A DNA stretch of 61,662 nt, filler included, from Globobulimina sp. (Eukaryota): assembly GCA_003354225.1 (NCBI GenBank). It is 20 parts of 20 records of this genome, joined end to end, with 100 filler letters (N's around TTAATTAATTAA, not from the genome) between each part and the next. Parts side by side here need not be neighbours in the genome. Positions count along the whole stretch, not along the records: positions 1 to 2,990 come from PIVH01004109.1; positions 3,091 to 6,080 come from PIVH01004110.1; positions 6,181 to 9,170 come from PIVH01004111.1; 17 more parts are not named here. The stretch is one strand, 5' to 3'. Made by a program: the position numbers and the translations under genes. Of the stretch, positions 1-9,270 are shown one piece after another (position 1 is the first letter of the stretch; the number at the start of each line of letters is the position of its first letter). The notes beneath the pieces were generated by a model. It saw nothing but the letters and a program-made list of their open reading frames with translations. It had not been told where the DNA came from and ran no database searches.

Positions 1-1034
1 AAGCCGTGCACCGAATTCAGCCGGTCGACATGACACAGGTTCCCGAGTACTATACAAACAATGCCAAAGCATTTATTTTCGAGAACACTGCATTGAAGAA
101 ACCATTTTTTTTGTATTATGCGTTCCATCATACTCACCATCCACAGTTCAGCTCATCAATGTTTTTCAATTCGTCGCAGCGCGGAATGTTTGGCGACTCG
201 ATGCGTGAAATGGACCACCATATTGGAGCAGTAATGGATTATATTAAACTGTTGAATATCGCTGATAATACATTTGTGTTTTTTGCCAGTGACAATGGTC
301 CGTGTTTATTGCGCGAAGCACGCGGAGGCTCTGCGGGATATTTTAAGTGCGGCAAAGGCACCACGTACGAGGGCGGAATGAGGATCCCTGGAATTGCGTG
401 GATGCCAAAATATATTCAATCTGGAAGAGTTACGCGAGGAATCGGCTCGACATTGGATATATTGCCGACTGTCGCTGAGTTGGTCGACAAAGCGTTGCCA
501 ACCGACAGATATTATGATGGCATCTCAATGTTTGACTGGATATTCAGACAAAGCAAATCTGATCGCAGCATCTTTTATTATTGGCCCGAACCGCTGAAAA
601 ATACTACAATGTGTCCTCCTGAATGGTGGACGCAGTCTTTGCATGCGGTCCGAGTCAACGAATGGAAATTAAATTGGATGACTCAAGGCTCACATTCGGG
701 AAACACTTATTATGATCACGACTGTCGGAGCAATCACACGCAAACTATGTTGGATACGCCAATCTTAACCAATTTATATCACGATCCGGAGGAAAGATAC
801 CCAGTCAACACAACTGATCCGTATTATGCGTCCATTGTAAAATCTGTCAATTCGACGATTGAGCACATACTAAATTCGAAGGGTTTGTGGGCCGAATCGG
901 AAATGTTGAAAGGAATGGCAAATGTGATGGAGCCATGTTGTAATTGGGGCTGTTCGCCATGGCCGTCGTGCTGTGCTTGCAATGCAGCAGAAGCATTATC
1001 TGAAATGACCACTGCTTTCTGGGATAACAAATAA
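1..1034 (+). CDS. Arylsulfatase (ARSA/GALNS-like), C-terminal part, 5'-truncated
   Basis: Sulfatase motifs KPFFLYYAFHHTHHP, FGDSMREMDHHIG, NTFVFFASDNGP, GKGTTYEGGMRIPGIAW, LDILPT and NLYHDPEERYP. The Cys-rich tail PCCNWGCSPWPSCCAC resembles that of ARSA. Confidence 0.9.
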   Translation, partial: AVHRIQPVDMTQVPEYYTNNAKAFIFENTALKKPFFLYYAFHHTHHPQFSSSMFFNSSQRGMFGDSMREMDHHIGAVMDYIKLLNIADNTFVFFASDNGPCLLREARGGSAGYFKCGKGTTYEGGMRIPGIAWMPKYIQSGRVTRGIGSTLDILPTVAELVDKALPTDRYYDGISMFDWIFRQSKSDRSIFYYWPEPLKNTTMCPPEWWTQSLHAVRVNEWKLNWMTQGSHSGNTYYDHDCRSNHTQTMLDTPILTNLYHDPEERYPVNTTDPYYASIVKSVNSTIEHILNSKGLWAESEMLKGMANVMEPCCNWGCSPWPSCCACNAAEALSEMTTAFWDNK

Positions 1035-1056
1035 AATAAAAGTGTCAAGCCAGTTT

Positions 1057-1671
1057 TTACAATATCTGGCAGCAGCAACCATTGCAATTCTTGTTTTTGT
1101 GTTTGTCAAATCTGTAAGGAGTCAATTTATTCATTGAGTGGGCATACTTAATTAGTTGCCTTTTAAACGAGCTATTCAATAAAATCATTTCTCTCCTCCT
1201 GGCGACATATTCAATTGCTTGCAGAAAATGCATATTTTGTCCTCTGTCGCTCAACAAATATGAAACTGTGATTGCTGCCGATCGGTTGCAGCCCGCCATG
1301 CAATGAACGAGACATTTCCCGTTGGTATGCTTTTTACATTGATTAATAAATTCAACACATTCATTTGCATGTTGTTGTATGATATCATAATTAGCAGAGT
1401 CGCTCGCATTTATTTTGTATGAAATAAATGTCCCATCTTTGTTTCCTCGGCACAAGGCAGCACATGTTAAAATATGTGTTATTCCTATCTTTAGCAATTT
1501 GTGCGTTGCATTTGCGTCCTGTTTGCTTCCCAACCATAAGAAATCTGGGATCACTTCGCTCGGTCTCGACGCATTAGCATCAATACCGAAATCATGCTCC
1601 AATATTGCATCGGCTTCACGCAAATATTCATCAACTATACCATCGGACAAAAAGTCATCCTTTGTTTCCAT
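1057..1671 (-). CDS. Dual-specificity protein phosphatase (atypical DUSP)
   Basis: PSEVIPDFLWLGS, GITHILTCA and catalytic loop VHCMAGCNRSAAIT. First ATG at 1671. C-terminus CCCQIL is CaaX-like. Confidence 0.9.
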   Translation of the reverse strand: METKDDFLSDGIVDEYLREADAILEHDFGIDANASRPSEVIPDFLWLGSKQDANATHKLLKIGITHILTCAALCRGNKDGTFISYKINASDSANYDIIQQHANECVEFINQCKKHTNGKCLVHCMAGCNRSAAITVSYLLSDRGQNMHFLQAIEYVARRREMILLNSSFKRQLIKYAHSMNKLTPYRFDKHKNKNCNGCCCQIL

Positions 1672-1899
1672 TTTCAAAAAGTCATCCTGTGTTCGATAAG
1701 CGGATTCTGAAAACTTCAAAACACTAAAAGTTATCCTAAATCATAAATTCTGTTCCCTTGTGGCTACTGCATTTTGCGAAAAAACAAACAGATAAAATAT
1801 AAAGTTAAATAGCAATTTAAATCATTAAAACATGCGGAAAGAGAATATAATAAAACAAATAATGAAAAATAACAGAAAATTACAGATGAAACAATGGCT

Positions 1900-2980
1900 T
1901 TAAACATGAGCGATCATGGCTCGACTTCTAAACGCCTTTTTTGTTTTGTTATCCAATCTTGAATCATTTTTAATCCATTTTTGGGATAATTTCTTTGTTA
2001 CCTTCTTTTTCCCAACTTTTGTTTCATTGCCACCACAATTGGTCTCAATTGCAGCTATCAATTTTGTACTGGTTTCTTGTGCTGGACCATCATCTTCATC
2101 CTAGAACAAGTAATAAAAGAGTTAAATACAAACATAAATCGAAAACGTTATTTGCGAACTGTATGATGTAAACAATTAATAATATACATACCGGGCGGCA
2201 ACATTGGATGCTTGATACTGCACTTTCGACCGAAGCAATGTCATTCGTGCTCTCTTCATCATCGTTAGCATAATTTTTATTGGTCCACGAAGGTCGATAG
2301 GATTGGAAAGAGGCAAACTTTGATGGAACATCGTTGGAATCATTGCAGCCACTTTTAATAACAATAAGTTTCATAATTTTCAAAGATATAATGAGTATCG
2401 ACACAATCATACTGATTAATGTTAAAATGTGATTATTGAAAAGATTGTATATTGTTAGTAAAAAGACACAACAAATAATGGGTATATTTTGTAAACTAAT
2501 TGCAAATAAATCAAACATAGCAACATCAAATTCGTGCGATTTAATGTCTAATAATATCAAATGCATTTCGCGAATATGATCAGATGATGGCGTTTCATTG
2601 TTAATATTTAGTTTTATTAACTCGTTTTTTTGTCGTTTCCAAGTCACAAATACATTGTATAGTTTTGTTGCTAATTGTAACTTAAGTAAAAACAGTACAA
2701 ATCCAATACACGAAAACAATAAACAAATATATCCAATACGTAAATTGTAATATGCGATTAAATACAATGAAAAGGCAAAGTTGCCCATAATATCGAGTAC
2801 TTGCAAGATCCATGTAATCTTATCAATTTTTGCAGTGTGATGCATTAATTGTTTCCATTCCAATGTACCCGCTGTGTGAGATAGATGAGACATTGTTTTC
2901 CAAATTGTATGTATGATGGCTGGTGTCAATACTGCTAAAGAACAGATTGCAAACAACACTATAATCAGTAATTTGGACAT
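1900..2980 (-). CDS. Multi-pass membrane protein of unknown function, two exons (2980-2192, 2100-1900)
   Basis: About five hydrophobic segments. A GTATGT..TTCTAG intron at 2191-2101 (91 nt) joins in frame to DEDDGPAQETST...AHV*. Confidence 0.65.
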
Positions 2981-2990
2981 GGTGTTTTGA

Positions 2991-3090
2991 NNNNNNNNNN
3001 NNNNNNNNNNNNNNNNNNNNNNNNNNNNNNNNNNTTAATTAATTAANNNNNNNNNNNNNNNNNNNNNNNNNNNNNNNNNNNNNNNNNNNN
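2991..3090. other. Artificial contig-joining spacer N44-TTAATTAATTAA-N44 (first of 19)
   Basis: Identical 100-nt spacers start at 2991, 6081, 9171, 12260, 15349, 18438, 21527, 24616, 27705, 30793, 33881, 36969, 40057, 43144, 46231, 49318, 52405, 55491 and 58577. The core has stops in all six frames and the intervening contig lengths fall monotonically from 2990 to 2986. Confidence 0.99.
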
Positions 3091-3092
3091 AC

Positions 3093-4214
3093 GCAATTTC
3101 GCATCTGTCTCAATGCTACGTATGCTGCACAGAGAAATTGGATGAAGAGCATACAAACATCAATCTGGACAATTATAAGTCGCCTAAATGGTGGGACGAG
3201 TCGGGTCCATTGGGCGGATTACGCCGCCTCAACGGCACACGGATCGCCTTTGCCACGTCGACGGATAACTGGGTGGACAAACACACCACTTTCGACATCC
3301 CATCCGGTTACAAATGGGCCACACAATCCGAATATTTGGAGGAGTATCATTCCAAGAAAGGCCTACTGACAACGTACAAGGAATGGATCCATTTTGGCAT
3401 CGGTTCGTGGGACAATTACCGATGGAAATACGCCCGAAAAGTGGCCTTTATCTTTCGCGATACATTCAAAGCGCTCCGCTTCGTCCATTCTGGCATGGAA
3501 GTCTGCGACATCAACCACGTGAAGTCGCTGTGTGGGTTGATGGCGGAATCGCCTCTGATGGAGTACGATGACAGTCGCGGCAGCATCGTCGAAGGGTTTG
3601 CGGGTTTGGTGCTGTTATCGCAGGAGGTCTACGCAGAAAAAGCGCCCTCTACCACTAGCACGTGGACGTCCGACGAAGACGACGAACAGATCCAATCGCT
3701 CAAGAAGTTGAAAAAAAGCAAAAGCAAGAATTTGAATGCCAACGCAAAGGCACATTTGCCTGCCACTGCTACGCAGGCGGTCCGCGCCAAAAACAGCGCT
3801 CTGCCGCACGTAGCATCGTACCCCAACTTAGGACCACCGATCTTAGCCAATACCTTTGCGGAATACACCAAGAAGCAACGCGCGGCGCTGACCAAGAACA
3901 ACCTGGAAAAGCATACGCAACTCGAACATGCAAAGCATTTGCAGCAACAACCCATTGTCACGCAACAGATCCCGATGCATCCGCATCAATCGCCGCCCAT
4001 CGCACTACATCAGCAACCACATCAACATCAATTCTTACATCAATCGCATCAATATGTACATCACCAATTTAACCCCAACGGACATTTCCATTACGGGCAG
4101 TTGCCCATTGTGCCGGCGCCGCAGTTGACGCCTCGACTGAGTGTGAATTCGTTGCCGGTGCCCTCCACCAACAATAATCTGATTCAGCAAACACAGAAAC
4201 ATGTACATAAATGA
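3093..4214 (+). CDS. Hypothetical protein with Q/H/P-rich C-terminus, 5'-truncated
   Basis: Frame is open from the contig edge and has GC-richer, coding-like composition. An aromatic-rich globular N-part is followed by a low-complexity tail. No family recognised. Confidence 0.7.
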   Translation, partial: AISHLSQCYVCCTEKLDEEHTNINLDNYKSPKWWDESGPLGGLRRLNGTRIAFATSTDNWVDKHTTFDIPSGYKWATQSEYLEEYHSKKGLLTTYKEWIHFGIGSWDNYRWKYARKVAFIFRDTFKALRFVHSGMEVCDINHVKSLCGLMAESPLMEYDDSRGSIVEGFAGLVLLSQEVYAEKAPSTTSTWTSDEDDEQIQSLKKLKKSKSKNLNANAKAHLPATATQAVRAKNSALPHVASYPNLGPPILANTFAEYTKKQRAALTKNNLEKHTQLEHAKHLQQQPIVTQQIPMHPHQSPPIALHQQPHQHQFLHQSHQYVHHQFNPNGHFHYGQLPIVPAPQLTPRLSVNSLPVPSTNNNLIQQTQKHVHK

Positions 4215-4796
4215 CGTGTAATGTTCTAAGTCTATCTCAGTTGTAAGTGTTTAAAGTATATACAAAATAAGTAAACAAAAAAGGGAAAGGGTGTGTGACT
4301 GATAAATATTCCTTGTTCATGCATGTGGGGTAAGCGCCCAATTCAAAGCCCTGACTTTTTTTTTTGTAAAAATTAATTCCAAAAAAAATTACTGACATTG
4401 TTATATATAATATATAATTATATACATAATATACTATATTGTACTGTATTTTATTTTGTTTTTTTGCTGTATGGTTGTTTATTGTTTTAGTTTACTCTGA
4501 TTTTATTTTTGTGTCACTCTGATTTGGTTATTGTTGTTTTTTTTTTAATACAATTTAAAATCAAATCTTTTTAACTCTAATTATCGATTAAATCATAATT
4601 TTTCTGTATTTTGGTTTTCAATTTGAATTCTCTTTTTTTTTTCTCATTTTTGGCCCATTTTTGTTTTATGTTCAAAATTTTGTTATTTTATATCTCTTAT
4701 CGGTTTTACGCCCAAAGCTTTAAAGTGTGAAAATTACAGGGTTTCATCCTACAGACATCGCTAAATCTTGTTGTTGTTGTGTTTTTGCATAAAAAA

Positions 4797-5729
4797 ATGT
4801 CTAAGCAGTCATCCGGTTTTTGTGCCTGGAAAACTGTAGTAAATTGCTATTTGGATGAGCATCGAGAGAAAAATATAATGGCACACCAAACACCAAAACA
4901 ACAAAGAAAAAACCACGCTAAAATATTACTGCCATCGGAAGCCTATAATAATATTGAAATATCACATTTAATTCAAAAATTAAACAGCATAAACAGTTCC
5001 ACCTCAAGCAGTTTTAGCAGCAAATATATCCACCATCAAGTGCCACAATTAAGTCAATCCGAGACCAGCTCGTTTGAAATACCCGGATATAATTATGTAT
5101 CATCCACAACTGCCACTGCTGATATGTCTGATGCTTCCTCATTCACATCGCATTCAACTACAACTACAACTGCGTCATCGTCACCGCGCTGCTATCCCAA
5201 ACATCCAATTCCATCCATTTCCACCACGCAAACGGATTCCAATATACCTTTACCGCTAAATAACAATTATCAGAATATGCATGATATGAAGACTAAGAAT
5301 AACAACACCACAAATAAACAATTAGTTGAATTGATTGATATATCTGGTTCCTTGGACACAATCTATACCAAAACAACGGTCACAACGCCTCGTGGCATTG
5401 ACGATGTTTTGGACGTCTTTCAAGAAATAAGCTGTGATGTGAGTGAGGAGGAAATAAAAATAAAAATGGAGCCACATTGGCAGAACAATAACAATAATAA
5501 TAATAATAATTACAAGCAACAGCAAAATTATAGTTACAAGCAACACCAATTGCAATGTAAACCAGTGGGTGTTGAGGTGTGCGGTGTGGGCGTGGTGGGT
5601 GTGGAGGGTGTGGAGGGTGTGGTGGGTGTGGAGGGTGTGGAGGGTGTGTCTGGCTTTTTATTTAATTGCAAACAACTGCGATATTTTATACCTCACAGAA
5701 TCGGTGATTCGTTGTCAAAAGAAGTTTAA
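4797..5729 (+). CDS. Low-complexity S/T/N-rich hypothetical protein; 3' end uncertain
   Basis: Long ORF from MSKQSSG. The G-rich repeat near the end may be intronic, with a possible last exon ESVIRCQKKFNNLSLIST* after CACAG at 5698. Confidence 0.55.
   Translation: MSKQSSGFCAWKTVVNCYLDEHREKNIMAHQTPKQQRKNHAKILLPSEAYNNIEISHLIQKLNSINSSTSSSFSSKYIHHQVPQLSQSETSSFEIPGYNYVSSTTATADMSDASSFTSHSTTTTTASSSPRCYPKHPIPSISTTQTDSNIPLPLNNNYQNMHDMKTKNNNTTNKQLVELIDISGSLDTIYTKTTVTTPRGIDDVLDVFQEISCDVSEEEIKIKMEPHWQNNNNNNNNNYKQQQNYSYKQHQLQCKPVGVEVCGVGVVGVEGVEGVVGVEGVEGVSGFLFNCKQLRYFIPHRIGDSLSKEV
5565..5650 (+). repeat. G-rich 9-mer tandem repeat (GGGTGTGG[A/T])n
   Basis: Directly visible: gtggtgggtgtggagggtgtggagggtgtggtgggtgtggagggtgtggagggtgtg. 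Confidence 0.9.
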
Positions 5730-6323
5730 TAATTTATCATTAATATCGACATAATGCGACCAAAATTGATACGCAGTCTCTGCATTGGTTTCCAATTCTT
5801 TTCTTGCTTGTTTTATCCCTTGAGATTGAATGTAACTTTCTTATTCTTACTTTTTTTAAATAATAAGCAATAATAGCATCCCTAAAATGATGTGCTTTTG
5901 ATCATGACATTGATTGCGTAATCAGTTAATATTGTTTGTAGATACCAAATGTAAACATTTTTACAGACAAAACCTTCAAATTCACTAACACCTTTTTCGT
6001 ACACTTTGAATTAATGCCGCATGGCTTTTCATTATAAAATGGTTTTTTGGTGCAAATATTACGGATACGTGTTTTGGTTCNNNNNNNNNNNNNNNNNNNN
6101 NNNNNNNNNNNNNNNNNNNNNNNNTTAATTAATTAANNNNNNNNNNNNNNNNNNNNNNNNNNNNNNNNNNNNNNNNNNNNAAGCTTTGGGTTCTGTTGGG
6201 TTTAAATACCACGCCGTTTCAAATAGTAAAGTGAGTCAGTTCAGTTTAATTGCAAAATATTTACAAAACTATATACTTTGTCAAAAACACTCATCGGAAT
6301 TCATCGGAATTTATATAAAAAAA

Positions 6324-6858
6324 CTATTGTTTCGATTCCCAATCATCCGTCGATTGTGCACGTTGTATTTTATTCCAACCAAACATCATCTCATCATTCC
6401 CATTCTCATCATTCCCATTCTCATTATCATCATTACTTTGACTTTGTGAATTGAACGTATTTGAGATTTTATCTGTTTCCGCGTATCTCCAATCATAAAA
6501 TCTGGTGCCACACAAAACACCAAACGCAATTGATCCGGTATAGGTAAATGGTATCAGTGGTTTGCGAAGAATCCATGCTTCCGCCCCTGAGGTAACCACT
6601 CTGTTCCAATTAACTTTCTTTGAATTTCGTAAAGATGACGGCAAGGAATCAACACGATTTTGTATAAAATATTCAACTCTCATATATGCATTATTCAATG
6701 ATGGAAATCGTATTCTTAATGATTTTGATGGAGAATAAAGATACATTAATGTCCATGTCGTTGCAGTTACGGATAATATAAACGCAGTTTGTCCAACCAT
6801 TGCCACTCCTAAACATGATGGATGAACTAATTTAGATAATTCTTCTTGCACTCCCATG
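6324..6858 (-). CDS. Hypothetical membrane-associated protein
   Basis: ORF from MGVQEELSKL with an N-terminal hydrophobic helix, a GAEAWILRKPLIP segment and an acidic DENGN-repeat tail. Confidence 0.6.
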
Positions 6859-7112
6859 GTATAAATATGATGAAATTTCCTGCAACTTCCAACAGAATGG
6901 ATTACGCTATAAAAAAATGTCTGAGACTTTTTTTTTTCATCCAAGCAGCTTTCAACTTTCTTTGGTATACACAAAAATTACATCAATTTGTAGATGTTTT
7001 CATTTTTGTATATCCCATGCGATTATACCGATAAAAAAAACAGTTATTATTAAATTGAGTTAAATTATCTTTTGTACAAAAAACGAAAAACATAAAACAG
7101 TTTAATATTTAT

Positions 7113-8704
7113 TTACTCAGTACGCAGGAAACAACCGCCAACTTTGGATGTGCCCATAATCATTTCCATAATCTGACTGACAATTTCCTGATTCACCAAA
7201 TAGCTCTGATTAATATCATTCAATAAGCACATGACGACGCCATCAAACACCTTCCTCCTTAACATAATCAACCACTTTAACTGCATATTAATATCCATCC
7301 AATATATCTCTCTCCACTCTTTCTCATTTAATACGGTTTTGCCATACCAATATTCTTCTTTTCTTAAGATATAGCTCATAAATTTCCGTCCATTGCCTTC
7401 CTTAAAATTAGGTGCTTCGTCCGGATCCTTTTTATTTTTGTCATCCTCTGAATCGCTGTTTGAGTTTGAATTGGAATCTGAATCAGAGTCCGAATCATCG
7501 CTATCACTGTCGGACTCCTTCGCATTCTCCTTATTTTCTGCTTTATTCTCGTCATTGATATTAATGTCATTATCGATCAACATCAATGCCTGTCGCGGCG
7601 AGATATTCCCATTCGAGATATTGGCGATGGGGGAATGTATATTTTCGTCGTAATGGTTGGGATACGACGAATAAAAATGAATGCCTTTGCTCTTCCTTTT
7701 ATATTTCTTATTCAATGGATTCTGCAAATTAGATTTAAGAATATGTTTATCCACTTCGTATTTCTCTTTCTTGTTCAATGAGTTATACTTCTTTCGGCGC
7801 GTAATATCCATCATAAATTTCAAGATTCCATACTCAAAACACGCGCAGCAAACCACGTATTCGCCCCAACAGCCATACTCTGCGCCGCAGACATAATAAA
7901 GCTCATTCTTTCGGATCCACTTCTCGCCAATGCAGCACTTTGTTTTTTTGGATGCTGTCTCTTGTTTTAATATATGATTACAAACACCGCATCGCGCTGA
8001 AAATTCCTATATTAAACATATTAAATTAAATATAGATTATATACACAATGTAAATAGAAATATGTTACCTTTTCGATAGCAAAATGCGTGATAAGTGTAT
8101 ATAAAATGTTTAAGAGTCCCTTGTCTTGGATGAGTGCTAAGGTCGGCAATAAGCGATGATACGTATTGATACCGCAACGGATCAAAGTGTAAAGCACTTC
8201 TTCTTGGTTATGATCGCAGGCATAATTAAACACAGTCTGTCCCTCATAATCTGTAATGTCGCCATTGGCGCCTCCATCAAATAATAACTGCACTAATTTG
8301 GCTGTGTTTTTAGAGGTTTGGTTATGAATAATGGTCACCATAACCGGTGTATGGCCGCGCGCGTTTTGAAAATCTATATCGATGTTTGGATGTTTAATGA
8401 ATTTTTGAATGTGTAATATATGGCCCAATTCGCAATATAACAAGAACTGATTTAATAATTCATAATTTAAGCGACGATTGATTCGCCGTGTTTGAGTGTT
8501 GGTGTTTCGCGAATGCGTATTTATTGTGTTATAATTGTGTCGCTGTATTTGATTTTCATCATACACGAGAGGCGTTGTTGGCAACTTTCTGTCCGCGATT
8601 GGCTTTATATGGACTATGGTGGGCGTGATTTCGTGATCTAAAGGGATCTCTTTGGCCAACGGATCGTCCAAACGTTTCAAGAATTGTTCATCATTGTATG
8701 ACAT
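7113..8704 (-). CDS. Ankyrin-repeat protein with Cys-rich zinc-finger-like region and acidic tract (exons 8704-8069, 8006-7113)
   Basis: Ankyrin repeats (FQNARGHTPVMVT, DYEGQTVFNYAC). A GTAACA..ATAG intron at 8068-8007 (62 nt) joins in frame to RCGVC...YYVCGAEYGCWGEYVVCCAC. Confidence 0.8.
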
Positions 8705-8755
8705 GATCAGCGAGCAAAAAACACCGCGAAAATTGTAATATTGTAAACAAATTTT

Positions 8756-9170
8756 ATGTCCAACAGAATTATGTCAAACTTAATTCAACGTATCGGAAGG
8801 AAACACAGTTACAAATTATTGCAATCATTTCTATCCACTCGTTTATTGACAGATAGATCGTTCCGATTAGCCAATGCATTGGATATCAGAGCCGGGCAAA
8901 CGTTTAAAACACAAATCTCTTCCGAAGAATATCATCCTTTTATGCATACTTTACAACCAAAGCGACAAACAGATTTAACCAAACAAGTCTTGATTGATAC
9001 GAGAGATTCCGAGTTAGATTATAAAAATGGACATATCAAAGATGCCGTCTTTTTGCCCCGAAATAGATTTGATTTTTATGAATATGTAGATACCAAAGGC
9101 GGTATTACATTCGATGAGGTTTATAACACAATGCGAGAGATTGGAGTTTCTAACGAGACCGTCGAGCTTG
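8756..9170 (+). CDS. Rhodanese/sulfurtransferase-family protein, N-terminal part, 3'-truncated
   Basis: Rhodanese N-domain pattern VLIDTR...DYKNGHIKDAVFL...MREIGVSNET. The basic N-terminus looks like a mitochondrial presequence. Confidence 0.75.
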
Positions 9171-9270
9171 NNNNNNNNNNNNNNNNNNNNNNNNNNNNNN
9201 NNNNNNNNNNNNNNTTAATTAATTAANNNNNNNNNNNNNNNNNNNNNNNNNNNNNNNNNNNNNNNNNNNN

